Source: a virus. Taken from it: a stretch of DNA of 64,000 nucleotides. Made by a program: the position numbers and the translations under genes. The notes beneath the pieces were generated by a model that saw only the letters and a list, made by a program, of their open reading frames with translations, ran no database searches and was not told where the DNA came from. The stretch is taken from IMG/VR virus record IMGVR_UViG_3300027974_001900, positions 32,001-96,000 of that record, one strand, 5' to 3'. Below, in pieces: positions 40,601 to 49,621 of this stretch; position 1 is the first letter of the stretch, and each line of letters begins with the position of its first letter.

Positions 40601-41477
40601 TATAAAATGTTTTCTCGTCTTTTCTACTCTTTAAAATTGGAAAAGATTTAAAATTATCTTCATAAACACCAGGATTACCTATTATATTGGCGAAGCATTC
40701 ATTTCCAATTTTTTTACCAAAAATATTTGAGATAAAATCGTTTGATTGTTTTAAAATTTGTTCTTTTTTATCTTCGTTTAATCTTTTTGTTAAAACACAT
40801 ACAACAGGAAAAGATTTGTTGTCTGGTCCGCCTTCTACATCAATAAAGTATTCAAAATTACCTGATCCTAACTTTATTGCTTTATCGACCCATCCTGCCG
40901 CAGTTCCTTCAAAAAAATTAAAAGAAGTGCTTTTTAAATTATCATATAAAGTATGTTTTATAACACTTTCATATAAAATAGTATTTAAAGTTCTTGAAAT
41001 ATAATTTATATAATCTTCTGTTTTTGCTATATCAAAGTAATCTGATAGTTTTTGTGGTAAAAAATCAAGACTTTTATCTACTGCATATTTTTTAACCTGA
41101 TCAATTGTCAAAGAAGAATTTATAGTATTTTTAATTTTATTCGTTTGAATATCACTTACATAACCAGCCACTTCTGGAACAAACAAAAATTCATCATTTG
41201 TATAATTTATTGCTCTTGAGACGTTTTCAAATAAAAATGGTTTACTTTTTAAACAATATAAAAATAAATAATATCTTTTTAAAGAGATAGTAAAATCATC
41301 TATGTTACTTTTTGATTTAGAAAATTCTGTCTTTTCGTTAAGATTACCAGTAATATCAATTGGGAAAAGATTATTAAATGTTCCATCAAATAATCCTGGT
41401 AACCATTCTTCAACATTATCAATGCTGGAGAATTCTTTTATTAAATTTATTCCTGGTAGATTATAAGAAATTGCCAT
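37644..41477 (-). CDS. Large hypothetical virion protein with hydrophobic helices
   Basis: 1277 aa ORF containing the segments WDLVETIMVFL..LLSWLGVL and FWLTLIEKIALFLLKIAADFILKMFFDF. Confidence 0.55.
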   Translation of the reverse strand: MAISYNLPGINLIKEFSSIDNVEEWLPGLFDGTFNNLFPIDITGNLNEKTEFSKSKSNIDDFTISLKRYYLFLYCLKSKPFLFENVSRAINYTNDEFLFVPEVAGYVSDIQTNKIKNTINSSLTIDQVKKYAVDKSLDFLPQKLSDYFDIAKTEDYINYISRTLNTILYESVIKHTLYDNLKSTSFNFFEGTAAGWVDKAIKLGSGNFEYFIDVEGGPDNKSFPVVCVLTKRLNEDKKEQILKQSNDFISNIFGKKIGNECFANIIGNPGVYEDNFKSFPILKSRKDEKTFYNAICVVYDLSKIILSKTISRNFDTQSILEVALGFFTKYSLEVNNIDELKNKSEALMSLMQDYFNEDSFSEVEYYYFARNKHVEEVYNRINVQDKFEILKSISQVVKINRGNITSAFNEYVNLLISTYKEARRQNIYLTPFDSSDFKVTFHFDSFLNLLGVTTIPNEKKKQNSTKQYSPFKIETFDNFGFGETDQKYVSEEFFGKYQNLTADLIDYSGRRICVATRTLERMLYDSFDRVDGGYLVTKDLTSTEVEKKYVNLITKINLTLPNANFNYNKEDLFINERLIDKSIRIANLTTNYRENKYQSIALQTMAFYLINTESGLSLFGNEGDLKKFGESFHYPVLTIAAAKSTTDEFKIGDILKLPDLDVPQEILLVSTEIQKTFEFIKGNEFSVNDLVKEANSTFVSSLPCYADIVNVINDFRNIDDGWDLVETIMVFLNKFPLSEFISELLQKLLSWLGVLNEYRDPCKPLPSKFPTIPDDLFSTIEYLKDLYARSLNPEGLIQGIIESFPTLDTLDFWLTLIEKIALFLLKIAADFILKMFFDFVRPYLEKLCSLDFELFKPPFFNLENSEDNFFSPSIASDSFGAPAESGSSLYDVQLAIDINVLIDLSEIATRDLVYSKFADEYSLEKSQNSFDEISKFLSDISSSIDLYELASLLRNVSTESTRIGLIDTISLVDAPFKNLFAQDDDIIKLFIFLSNYCDYRICYDILSKSLEKYVGNICTPQQSRRKDYELLLKETVGDDYKNVIRDQILDLEKQFDKLCSNKLLINIDLFKDGPRLLASSLTQYMVMPFQSIIDFQQNIYDYEKSLTDDQKKILKFSTKPPEEIYAKYLQSVKLVKSKYNTGYTPEIIYQNAITKEELLESATNLVNVDNKYLEDFNLRKSKIVNYFNTKNIIIDNDTIKEKINYELYVDPLYMVGRLFEKLASKNLFIKNYNEIAYSIDYLEKLKLEMEQEVQNATNIDMQDDIELFMSYISKIKE

Positions 41478-41478
41478 T

Positions 41479-42339
41479 TTAGTTTACCGTATTGTATGTG
41501 CTCAAAACATTTACCTTTGTTATTGGTAAAGTGCGGTTTATTCTTTCTAATTGATGATTAATCATATCTGTATAAGAATTTAATGTTCTTCTTAGGTCAT
41601 TAGTTAACAAAGTAGGAGCAAACTGTGCGACAAGAGTTGGCGATGGGGGTGCTAATGGAGGATGAAAATGAACCATAAGCCCTACTTTCATTTGCATTAT
41701 TTCTAAGTTTATATCAGAAATATTACTAGATAGAGATTGTAGTGTTTTATAAATTTCTTTTAATGCTTTATTTAAATTATCTCCCAAGACCATTGGTTGT
41801 GATTTTGTTGCGTACTCAGAATCTCTATCTCCAGCATAAATATGAACACCAGCTGGGGTGCTTGTCTTGAAACTGTTTGAATTTTTACTTGGAGCGCCTG
41901 AATTTATTATTACCATCTCGTTTCCACTAAACTCTATAACGTCTGCTTTGCCCTTGATAGCCGATCTTTGATCTAGTTTTGTTCCTGGTACGCCTTTAAC
42001 AAGATTTTTTGTAGAAATATTTGTTAATGAAGTTACGTGAAATTGAGCAGCAATTGAAGGCTGATTATCGTCTTGAATATCAAAATATCCAATTTTAGTT
42101 CCATCTGAGGACTGAAAAGGCTCTTTACCGTTTCCAATATAAACAGAAAATTTTGGAGCATTTGCTTTTATATTTGGATCTGATGCATATTTTGTATCAT
42201 TTAAAGTCATTAATGCAAACTTGTTTTCGTGTTCTGCTTTAAACTCGTAAGGTTGTAAAATAATTTTTGGAACAACGCTTACTGGTGGCGATGTTACTGA
42301 AGTATTGTTTTTAAATACAGAATCTGGTATTTTTGGCAT
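41479..42339 (-). CDS. Baseplate spike/hub-like protein
   Basis: QPMVLGDNL followed by a helical segment and an HxH motif (VHFHPP), as at the metal-binding tip of contractile-tail spikes. Confidence 0.55.
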   Translation of the reverse strand: MPKIPDSVFKNNTSVTSPPVSVVPKIILQPYEFKAEHENKFALMTLNDTKYASDPNIKANAPKFSVYIGNGKEPFQSSDGTKIGYFDIQDDNQPSIAAQFHVTSLTNISTKNLVKGVPGTKLDQRSAIKGKADVIEFSGNEMVIINSGAPSKNSNSFKTSTPAGVHIYAGDRDSEYATKSQPMVLGDNLNKALKEIYKTLQSLSSNISDINLEIMQMKVGLMVHFHPPLAPPSPTLVAQFAPTLLTNDLRRTLNSYTDMINHQLERINRTLPITKVNVLSTYNTVN

Positions 42340-44483
42340 TATAATAACCTTAAAATTTTTGCTACTGGTGCTGTTTTCATTTTATTTAGAATATAATCTT
42401 TTAAAGCTTTTTCTTTTTTGTTAATTGATAGTTTGTCTATTTTCTTTAATTCATCTTTTTTACCGCCGTTTATCCATAATCTTCCATTTTCTCTTTCATC
42501 GTTGGACAAGCCAGATTTTACCTGTGATGGTTTTTCTTCATCAGCGGAGAAACACAAATATTCAAAATGATTATATGCTTCATCAATAAATACTCCAAAT
42601 CCAGAATTTTCTTTTTCGTTTCCACCTTTAAAACTCTCTACAACTTTAAGACAATATAAATATACATATTCTGGTGGTATTTGATAAACGTCATTATTAA
42701 GTTGCACATAAATTACAAAGTCAACAGCTTGACCATAATAATGTCTTGATTCGGCATCAGAAGAATTTGTTTTCTTTGTTCTCAGTACATTTATTGGTAT
42801 TATTAGGACATCCTTGTCTTCTACATTTTCATTTGTCCTAACAAGTTCTCTCAGAGAAATCAAGAAATCAGATAATTTGGAAATTCTATTATCTAAAGAT
42901 TCTTTTGAAATAAAATTATCTTTTCCGTTTTTAAAGTTAGAATTTATTCCTATAAATTGTTTTGATTTCGAATTCTGTTGTTTAATTTTTTCTGGGATTG
43001 AATAAAATTTATTATTTATTTTTTTTAAATCTTCATAGGAATAAAAAGGACTATTGTTTTTGCTGCTTATTAATTCTCCTGAGATGTATAAGCTTTCCTC
43101 CAACAATAAATCTTCTGGAGCTGTGATTTCTATAGGATAACTAAATGGTATTTTAGTAGTAGAAAGAGAATCAAAAAAGAAACTTATAAAAGCTCCATCT
43201 TTGTTTCCTCTGTGCCACCTGTTTAAATCTTTTACAGGTATGTATAAATCTGTTACCGTTTGTTGAACGTTTTCACATGGGTCAAATGTAGCTCTTTCTC
43301 TTAGTGTTGTTTGAGTAGTTTGAGGTGTTTCTGTATTTGAATTATTATTAGAAATACTACCATTTTTTAATTTTTCACTTGTTTGTATATAAATGTCTAC
43401 GCTTGCCTCATTTATATCTAATCCAATAGCTTGAATATCTATAGATATATCAGTATAAAAAAGAATACTCGTTTCTATTTTTTTAATAGCATTGATATTT
43501 ACAGAAAATCTAAATTTAGATAATTGCTTTTCTATATATTTAGAAAATTTCTCTAAAGATTTTTCATCAGTAAACGTTAATCTAACTAAAACTTCAAAAC
43601 TAGATCTATCTTCACCAACAACAACCTTTGGTATTGCAGATCCATCATCTTTAAAATTATTCTTTAAATTATTTTTATTTTTTCCTATTTCTTTAACTTT
43701 TGAGTCACAATAGATTGAATAAATTATTTTTTTTAAATTATCAACATTAATTGTATTTTTTGGACCTTCTTGTCTTAAAAAGTTTTGAAATCCAGAAGGA
43801 GAAAATACATAATCTAAAGTATCAAATAGTTGATAATAACCAGCAACAGGATCTGAAACGAAAGATGAATTTAAATCAGCATTTGGAGCTGCAGAACCTT
43901 CTAACTGCAAGACTCTACAATTATTATAGCTTTGTAAGGATTGTGTTATTTTTCCTTTTAAATCAACTTCAGAATTATCATCTCCATTTGATTTATATAC
44001 AGCTATTATTTGTGGATCTGAGAAGTTTTTTGCGTTTTTAAAAACTATTTTAACTAAATCATTTACTTTAATCGCATCTTTACCAGAATAATTAATTTTA
44101 AATTTAGTATAATAATTTAATAAGCTTCCGCCCTTATCTATCCTTGAAGTAGAATAAAGTTCCGGTATATGAACAACGAATTGATTTGTTATAGTTTTAT
44201 CTTGAGTTTTATAATTTGAATAAAATCTTTCTAAGTTTGTAATAGAGTCATTAAATATATCAAATATTCCAATATCTTTATTGTTCTCTGCTATAACTTG
44301 AACAACCTTACCAACATAATAATTGTTTCCATCATTAGGGTCTGGTGCTAACTCTTGACGAATAAAATCTTCTAATAAAGATTCAACAGGTAATCTTTGA
44401 TTAACCGCAATTTTTTCTGCGTGTTTAGATTTCGGCTTTTGGTTTATCTTGCTATTTGCAACAGGAGCGTCTTCGTTTGCCAT
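42339..44483 (-). CDS. Baseplate hub-like protein with C-terminal peptidase M15-like domain
   Basis: SRHYYGQAVDF (SxHxxGxAxD) plus downstream GFGVF..YNHFE. Confidence 0.6.
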   Translation of the reverse strand: MANEDAPVANSKINQKPKSKHAEKIAVNQRLPVESLLEDFIRQELAPDPNDGNNYYVGKVVQVIAENNKDIGIFDIFNDSITNLERFYSNYKTQDKTITNQFVVHIPELYSTSRIDKGGSLLNYYTKFKINYSGKDAIKVNDLVKIVFKNAKNFSDPQIIAVYKSNGDDNSEVDLKGKITQSLQSYNNCRVLQLEGSAAPNADLNSSFVSDPVAGYYQLFDTLDYVFSPSGFQNFLRQEGPKNTINVDNLKKIIYSIYCDSKVKEIGKNKNNLKNNFKDDGSAIPKVVVGEDRSSFEVLVRLTFTDEKSLEKFSKYIEKQLSKFRFSVNINAIKKIETSILFYTDISIDIQAIGLDINEASVDIYIQTSEKLKNGSISNNNSNTETPQTTQTTLRERATFDPCENVQQTVTDLYIPVKDLNRWHRGNKDGAFISFFFDSLSTTKIPFSYPIEITAPEDLLLEESLYISGELISSKNNSPFYSYEDLKKINNKFYSIPEKIKQQNSKSKQFIGINSNFKNGKDNFISKESLDNRISKLSDFLISLRELVRTNENVEDKDVLIIPINVLRTKKTNSSDAESRHYYGQAVDFVIYVQLNNDVYQIPPEYVYLYCLKVVESFKGGNEKENSGFGVFIDEAYNHFEYLCFSADEEKPSQVKSGLSNDERENGRLWINGGKKDELKKIDKLSINKKEKALKDYILNKMKTAPVAKILRLL

Positions 44484-44489
44484 TCATTA

Positions 44490-44786
44490 TTACCCCTTAA
44501 TAATATCTAGTATCTCATCAACTTCTTCTTCTGATATGTTTAGGGATTCACTAGCGGTTTTTTCTTTCTTCATTATAGCAACCGCTTTAATAAGCTGTTC
44601 ATTTGATCTTTGTAAAGTTTCCATATATTTTGCAGCAGTAAACCCAACTTCTTTGTGAGAAACTCTTGCTGCAACCAAATCTGCGCGAAGCTCGTTAATT
44701 AATTCATAAGTTAAACCACGATCTTCCCTGATGTTTGTTATTGCTTCTTCCAACAACTCTGCATCTGTTAGTTTAGATTTCGCCAT
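44490..44786 (-). CDS. Small helical protein (probable start MAKSKLT)
   Basis: The ATG at 44786 overlaps the end of the sigma factor gene. Confidence 0.55.
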   Translation of the reverse strand: MAKSKLTDAELLEEAITNIREDRGLTYELINELRADLVAARVSHKEVGFTAAKYMETLQRSNEQLIKAVAIMKKEKTASESLNISEEEVDEILDIIKG

Positions 44787-45456
44787 CGTCCCAATCTTCC
44801 TTGAATACTTTATACTTAGCTTTAATACCAGATAGTCCACTTACAACTTGTTTTGTGTTTAAACCAGTAAGTTCTCTTATGTATAAGTAAATAGCTTTCT
44901 TGTTAAAAATTTCTATGTTGTCAATGTTATTAAAAATGTGGATTATTGAATTAAGAACTTTTCTTTCGTTTTCTCTTAAGTCCATTTTTTCCCACAAAGC
45001 TATTTCGCCCATAAGATGTGTCCAGAATTCAGAGTTTTCTCTCGTATCTTCATAATCATTGGGAGTAGATTCAGTGTCTTCGTCAATTTCCATTTCAGCG
45101 TCTTCTATGGAAACTTCTCTTTTCTTTTCTTTATTAGTTTTCTTTACATTCTGAATAAACCAATTCTTTGTAATAACTGAATAATAAGAGAATGCTTTGG
45201 AACCTTTTGTTGTGTCATACTTGTCAAGAATTGTAGTAAGCCAAATTTTACACTCATCACGAAGCTGATCTATGTTTGGTAGTGTATTAAATTTATAAGT
45301 GAAAATGATCTTATTTACCATTTCATCAAATGCGGGTTGTATAAACTCTACATATAATTTTGTTCTAACAACCCTATCATTTGATAAAGCATATTTGATA
45401 ATTGCATCTTCGTGAACTTGTGTAAAATAATAATTACTCTTCTTCGTTGTTGTCAT
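44773..45456 (-). CDS. Phage RNA polymerase sigma factor (gp55/sigma70 region 2-like)
   Basis: YFTQVHEDAIIKY...KYDTTKGSKAFSYYSVITKNWFI resembles sigma region 2.3 (FD..K..AFSY..I..N). Confidence 0.7.
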   Translation of the reverse strand: MTTTKKSNYYFTQVHEDAIIKYALSNDRVVRTKLYVEFIQPAFDEMVNKIIFTYKFNTLPNIDQLRDECKIWLTTILDKYDTTKGSKAFSYYSVITKNWFIQNVKKTNKEKKREVSIEDAEMEIDEDTESTPNDYEDTRENSEFWTHLMGEIALWEKMDLRENERKVLNSIIHIFNNIDNIEIFNKKAIYLYIRELTGLNTKQVVSGLSGIKAKYKVFKEDWDDGEI

Positions 45457-45730
45457 TCTTGTCTTCTACCTCAATAGATTGTAGAACATCGTCTAGTGCC
45501 TTACCCAATTCTTTTGTGTGTTCCACAAGAGCCATTATGGTAGGTTCACCAAAATACAATTCCATCTTGGTCAGACTTTGTAAATGTTCTTCGTATTTTT
45601 TAACTAACGGTGAGAACTGTTTAAATAGCTCGACAAGAGAAATACGATCTCTCAAAAGATTATAACAGTACCAAATTAAGAATCCGTTTAATACTGTTGA
45701 TAATGTTAATGTTAGATAAAGAAAAATCAT
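45434..45730 (-). CDS. Small protein with N-terminal transmembrane helix
   Basis: MIFLYLTLTLSTVLNGFLIWYCY followed by a coiled-coil-like segment. Confidence 0.6.
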   Translation of the reverse strand: MIFLYLTLTLSTVLNGFLIWYCYNLLRDRISLVELFKQFSPLVKKYEEHLQSLTKMELYFGEPTIMALVEHTKELGKALDDVLQSIEVEDKNDNNEEE

Positions 45731-45972
45731 CTTTTATTTTCTGCCTTATATTCTTTTAAATCGCTTCTCGCTTGTTCAATATAATTTCTCGTTTTTTTAC
45801 CAGTTTTATTTTGCATAGTTTCTGTTAGCTTGTTTACAGTTTCTTGGTATTTAAAAACTTTTTTAAAATTTTCTGTCTCGCAGTAAGGACATTTTTCTGG
45901 TTTTTCATCAAAACCATGTATTTCTACCCACTCTTTTTGACAAGACTGGCACTTGTAATCATATGCTGGCAT
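45727..45972 (-). CDS. FmdB-family zinc ribbon protein
   Basis: MPAYDYKCQSC...CPYC. Confidence 0.85.
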   Translation of the reverse strand: MPAYDYKCQSCQKEWVEIHGFDEKPEKCPYCETENFKKVFKYQETVNKLTETMQNKTGKKTRNYIEQARSDLKEYKAENKR

Positions 45973-46307
45973 TAAGACCTTCCATAATTATCTTCTAATC
46001 TAATAACGTCATCTAATTCTGGGGTTGATACTTCTACAAGTTCAACGTATTCAAAAATATCTCGACAGGAAAATCTGTGAACTATATTTGGTTCTATATG
46101 AAACACTTCACCTTCGTGAAGAGTTAATATTTTATCTTGTAAATATAAATCTAAAATACCATTTTTTACGTATATGGTTTCTGTTTTTTTTTCATGGTAT
46201 TGAAGAGAAAGTTTCTGTCCTGAATTGATATGCAAAATTTTTCCAACATACTTATCTGTTTTAGCCCAGATTATTTCATAGCCCCAAGGTTTTTCTACTC
46301 TTTCCAT
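45972..46307 (-). CDS. Cupin, mannose-6-phosphate isomerase type II C-terminal-like
   Basis: VEKPWGYE, LSLQYHEKKTE, HRF and EVSTPELDDVIRLEDNYGR. Confidence 0.85.
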   Translation of the reverse strand: MERVEKPWGYEIIWAKTDKYVGKILHINSGQKLSLQYHEKKTETIYVKNGILDLYLQDKILTLHEGEVFHIEPNIVHRFSCRDIFEYVELVEVSTPELDDVIRLEDNYGRS

Positions 46308-46510
46308 TCAAACTCCTTTTTTTCAACAACTTTTTTTACTTCTTCATTTACTTTAAAAGAAGGTGTATTCGTTACAATTAAAAATTCTGGCTGATCATCA
46401 TCAATAATAAAATCTAGATCATCTAATAATTGACTAATATCTGTTTCTTCCATAATGCACTTTTGTAAACACATCATAATTGCTGCATGTGCTTGTAATG
46501 ATAGTTTCAT
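46295..46510 (-). CDS. Hypothetical protein
   Basis: 71 aa ORF with an AAGGAG SD. Confidence 0.6.
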   Translation of the reverse strand: MKLSLQAHAAIMMCLQKCIMEETDISQLLDDLDFIIDDDQPEFLIVTNTPSFKVNEEVKKVVEKKEFEWKE

Positions 46511-46671
46511 TTATTTTCTCCTTTATTTAAAATAATACAACATGGTGTTTTTTTAATTAACTTTTGAAATTCTAAGTATGCATCTGTAAAGTTTTCAAAT
46601 ACTTTATTTAAAACCATAGCTTGAATAGTAAATTCGTCAAAATCACACACTTCCCATAATTCGTATTTCAT
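46507..46671 (-). CDS. 54-aa hypothetical protein (missed by ORF track)
   Basis: MKYELWEVCDFDEFTIQAMVLNKVFENFTDAYLEFQKLIKKTPCCIILNKGENK*. Fills the gap and has an ATGA overlap with the next gene. Confidence 0.5.
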   Translation of the reverse strand: MKYELWEVCDFDEFTIQAMVLNKVFENFTDAYLEFQKLIKKTPCCIILNKGENK

Positions 46672-47656
46672 TTTTTATCCTATTGAAGTCGTAATCGTAC
46701 ATCATTTGTACGAGTTGTTTAATGTCTGTTTTTGGCTCCCAGCCAAGTTGTTCTTTTGCTTTTGTCGGATCACCTAAAAGGTATGGAACTTCATGTGGCC
46801 TAAAGTATTTAAGGTCTTGTACAACATAATTTTGATAATCTCCAAGACTTGCATATTCAAACACTAATTTACAAAACTCTCTAACTGAATATGTTTTTCC
46901 CGTAGCTATTACATAATCTTCTGCTTTATCTTTCTGAAGCATTAGCCACATGGCCTCTACATAATCTCCTGCAAAGCCCCAGTCTCTATACGCGTCAAGA
47001 TTACCTAGTCTAAGTTCTTTCTCAAGTCCTAGAGCGATTTTAGCAACTCCAATTGTAATCTTTCTAGTTACAAATGTTTCTCCTCTTCTTGGAGATTCAT
47101 GGTTAAAAAGAATTCCTCCACAACAGAACATGTCATATGATTTACGATAATTTCTCATTAATTGATGTGCAAATACTTTTGCATTTGCATATGGAGAAGC
47201 GGGCATAAATCTTGATTCTTCATTATATGGATAATTTGGATTATCTCCGTACATTTCTGATGATGATGCCTGATAAAACTTACATGACGGATGAACATTT
47301 CTAATTGCCTCTAAAATTCTTAATGTTCCCATTGCTACACCATCAACCGTTGTTTCTGGTACTTCAAAAGATACTTTTACGTGTGACTGAGCGGCGAGAT
47401 TATAAAACTCATCTGGCTTATATTGTAGTAAAAGACGATATAAACTACCAACATCGTTTAAATCAAAATATTCTATTTTAAAGTTTTTATCATTAAAAAT
47501 ATGATCAATTCTGTCTGTAGCAATTAGAGAAGTTCTTCTTTTCAAGCCAATTATTTTATATCCTTTTGATAATAAAAATTCTGCTAAATAAGAACCATCT
47601 TGTCCTGTCACACCAGTTATAAAAGCTATTTTTTGCATTTTAGACATCCATTTCAT
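46643..47656 (-). CDS. gmd: GDP-mannose 4,6-dehydratase
   Basis: FITGVTGQDGSYLAE, LAAQSHVKVSF, FYQASSSE, SPYANAK, FNHESPRRGETFVTRKI and RDWG. The true start is probably a few codons in (about 47638). Confidence 0.97.
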   Translation of the reverse strand: MKWMSKMQKIAFITGVTGQDGSYLAEFLLSKGYKIIGLKRRTSLIATDRIDHIFNDKNFKIEYFDLNDVGSLYRLLLQYKPDEFYNLAAQSHVKVSFEVPETTVDGVAMGTLRILEAIRNVHPSCKFYQASSSEMYGDNPNYPYNEESRFMPASPYANAKVFAHQLMRNYRKSYDMFCCGGILFNHESPRRGETFVTRKITIGVAKIALGLEKELRLGNLDAYRDWGFAGDYVEAMWLMLQKDKAEDYVIATGKTYSVREFCKLVFEYASLGDYQNYVVQDLKYFRPHEVPYLLGDPTKAKEQLGWEPKTDIKQLVQMMYDYDFNRIKNEIRIMGSV

Positions 47657-48797
47657 TAATAATATTAGTTATATACGATATTTCATTTTCTTTTAAGTCC
47701 TGATGATTTGGTACATAAAAGCCATATTTATCAATATAATCAGCATTTTTCATTTCAACAATTCCATATTTTTTATACCAAAAAGGTTTTCTGCTTAAAG
47801 AACCAGCTATCAAAGGTCTTACTTCAATATTGTGGTCTTTTAACTTCTGTACTATTTCAGTTCTTCTTTCGGATAAATAAGGAAAAGCAAAGTTAGATAT
47901 AAAAGCTTCTTTATTGTTATTTATTTGTAATATATTTTTTTTCAATTTTTCTAAGTAAATATTAAAATTTTCATTTCTTTTTTTAGCAAATAAATTTAAT
48001 TTATCTATTTGTTTTAAGCCAATTTTAGCTTGTAAATCTGTAGATCTAAAATTAAAACCAGGATAATAAAAAGTATATAAAGAATCAAATTCATTTATAT
48101 TATATTTTTTTCTATATTCTTGTTGTACTTCTTTTGGCCAATCTCTATCCCATCCATGCGATCTCATAGAAGTGATCAGCAAAGAAAGCTCTTTGTCATT
48201 GGTGCAAACAAAACCTCCTTCAATTGTGCTCAAGTGGTGTCCATAAAAAAGGGAAAAAACCGAAACTTCTCCAAATGTTCCTAAATACTTATCTTTATAC
48301 TTGGATCCCATGCTTTCGCAAACATCTTCAAGCAAAATAACATCATATTTTTTACAAAGCTCTAAAACCTTGTCCATGTCTGGTACAAGTCCTAACACCG
48401 ATACCAATATAACAATAGAAGGGCTTTGTTCTTTAAAAATTTTTTCTAACTCTTCTAAATCTAAAGATAAATCATGTAGATTACAATCACATAAAATTGG
48501 TGTCATACCTAATTGCATTACAGAAGAAATATCTGTCAACCAACTTAGTGCAGGTACAACAACTTTATCATTTTTAATGCCCCTTTCTTTTAGAGCCGCC
48601 AAGGCCAATAATATTGCAGAAGACCCTGAGTTTACATAAGTTGTATGATTTGTATTTATATAAGATGACCACTTTTCTTCAAATTCGACAGTGACATCTC
48701 CTTTAGTAAGCTTTGGAATTTCATCCTGTAGAAGCCAGTCAGTAAGCGATTTAATATCTTCTTTGTTTATTGTATCAGAAACAAGTCCTATTTTCAT
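47640..48797 (-). CDS. PLP-dependent GDP-4-keto-6-deoxymannose 3-dehydratase (ColD-like, DegT family)
   Basis: NSGSSA, EDVCESMG, SLFYGHHLSTIEGG (His where aminotransferases have the catalytic Lys), RSHGW, PGFNFR and NHQ. Confidence 0.8.
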   Translation of the reverse strand: MKIGLVSDTINKEDIKSLTDWLLQDEIPKLTKGDVTVEFEEKWSSYINTNHTTYVNSGSSAILLALAALKERGIKNDKVVVPALSWLTDISSVMQLGMTPILCDCNLHDLSLDLEELEKIFKEQSPSIVILVSVLGLVPDMDKVLELCKKYDVILLEDVCESMGSKYKDKYLGTFGEVSVFSLFYGHHLSTIEGGFVCTNDKELSLLITSMRSHGWDRDWPKEVQQEYRKKYNINEFDSLYTFYYPGFNFRSTDLQAKIGLKQIDKLNLFAKKRNENFNIYLEKLKKNILQINNNKEAFISNFAFPYLSERRTEIVQKLKDHNIEVRPLIAGSLSRKPFWYKKYGIVEMKNADYIDKYGFYVPNHQDLKENEISYITNIINEMDV

Positions 48798-48828
48798 TTA
48801 AATTATTCTCCAAAAAATATTTTATTTA

Positions 48829-49617
48829 TTACGAAGGAGTTCCATCATTCCACGTATGCAAAGAAATTGCAACCTTAGCCGTGCCTTCATATGAAATTAA
48901 AATATCATTTATTTCTTCTTCGGTGTATGTTTCTGGGTAGTATTTGCCTGTTATTTCTGTATAAAGATCTTTTATAACATTATATTTTTCTGGGTGGTGT
49001 TTTAAACACCAATTTGCATAAGAATCTTGATCTGATATACAACATTCTTTTGTGGTAATTTTACAAGCTTCTTTAAAAAATATTTTATGGTCATTTCCAT
49101 ATTTATTTAAAAGTTCTTTTGTAATTTTTTTATTATACATCATAAATTCAACTATAAAAGAATCATCTGCAACTTTTTCTAAATCAAACATATGCTCGGT
49201 GAATTTAAAGTATGCCTCACAATAATGAGAATGTTGTGGAGACATGAAAAAATTTGGTTTTCCATCTTTATCAAAAAGATCTATAGGATTTAAAAAGAAA
49301 TTATCAGACTGAATATCTAGATAGTAATCTTGTTCTGTTATATCTTGAAATAAAGCTATAAATTGTGCAAAACACCAATTTTTTCTATATTTAATTTCTT
49401 CTCTATCGCAGCCAGGAAGTGCATCTTCATCTTTTACAGTTATAATTATATCATCATATTTAGTGTTTTCTGGTTTATAACCATCTGGATTGATTAAATA
49501 AATTTTTGATGGCTGTGGATTTAAAAATTTAATAGAGTTGATTACATGTTTAAGTTTACAATAATCTTTTATTCCAGATTTTATAATAACATCATATTTT
49601 TTATTTTGTTCTTTCAT
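48829..49617 (-). CDS. Putative glycosyl/nucleotidyl transferase-like protein (DUF6492-like)
   Basis: NWCFAQFI, YLDIQSDNFFLNP and SFIVEFMMY. Embedded in the glycan cluster. Confidence 0.45.
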   Translation of the reverse strand: MKEQNKKYDVIIKSGIKDYCKLKHVINSIKFLNPQPSKIYLINPDGYKPENTKYDDIIITVKDEDALPGCDREEIKYRKNWCFAQFIALFQDITEQDYYLDIQSDNFFLNPIDLFDKDGKPNFFMSPQHSHYCEAYFKFTEHMFDLEKVADDSFIVEFMMYNKKITKELLNKYGNDHKIFFKEACKITTKECCISDQDSYANWCLKHHPEKYNVIKDLYTEITGKYYPETYTEEEINDILISYEGTAKVAISLHTWNDGTPS

Positions 49618-49621
49618 AATA

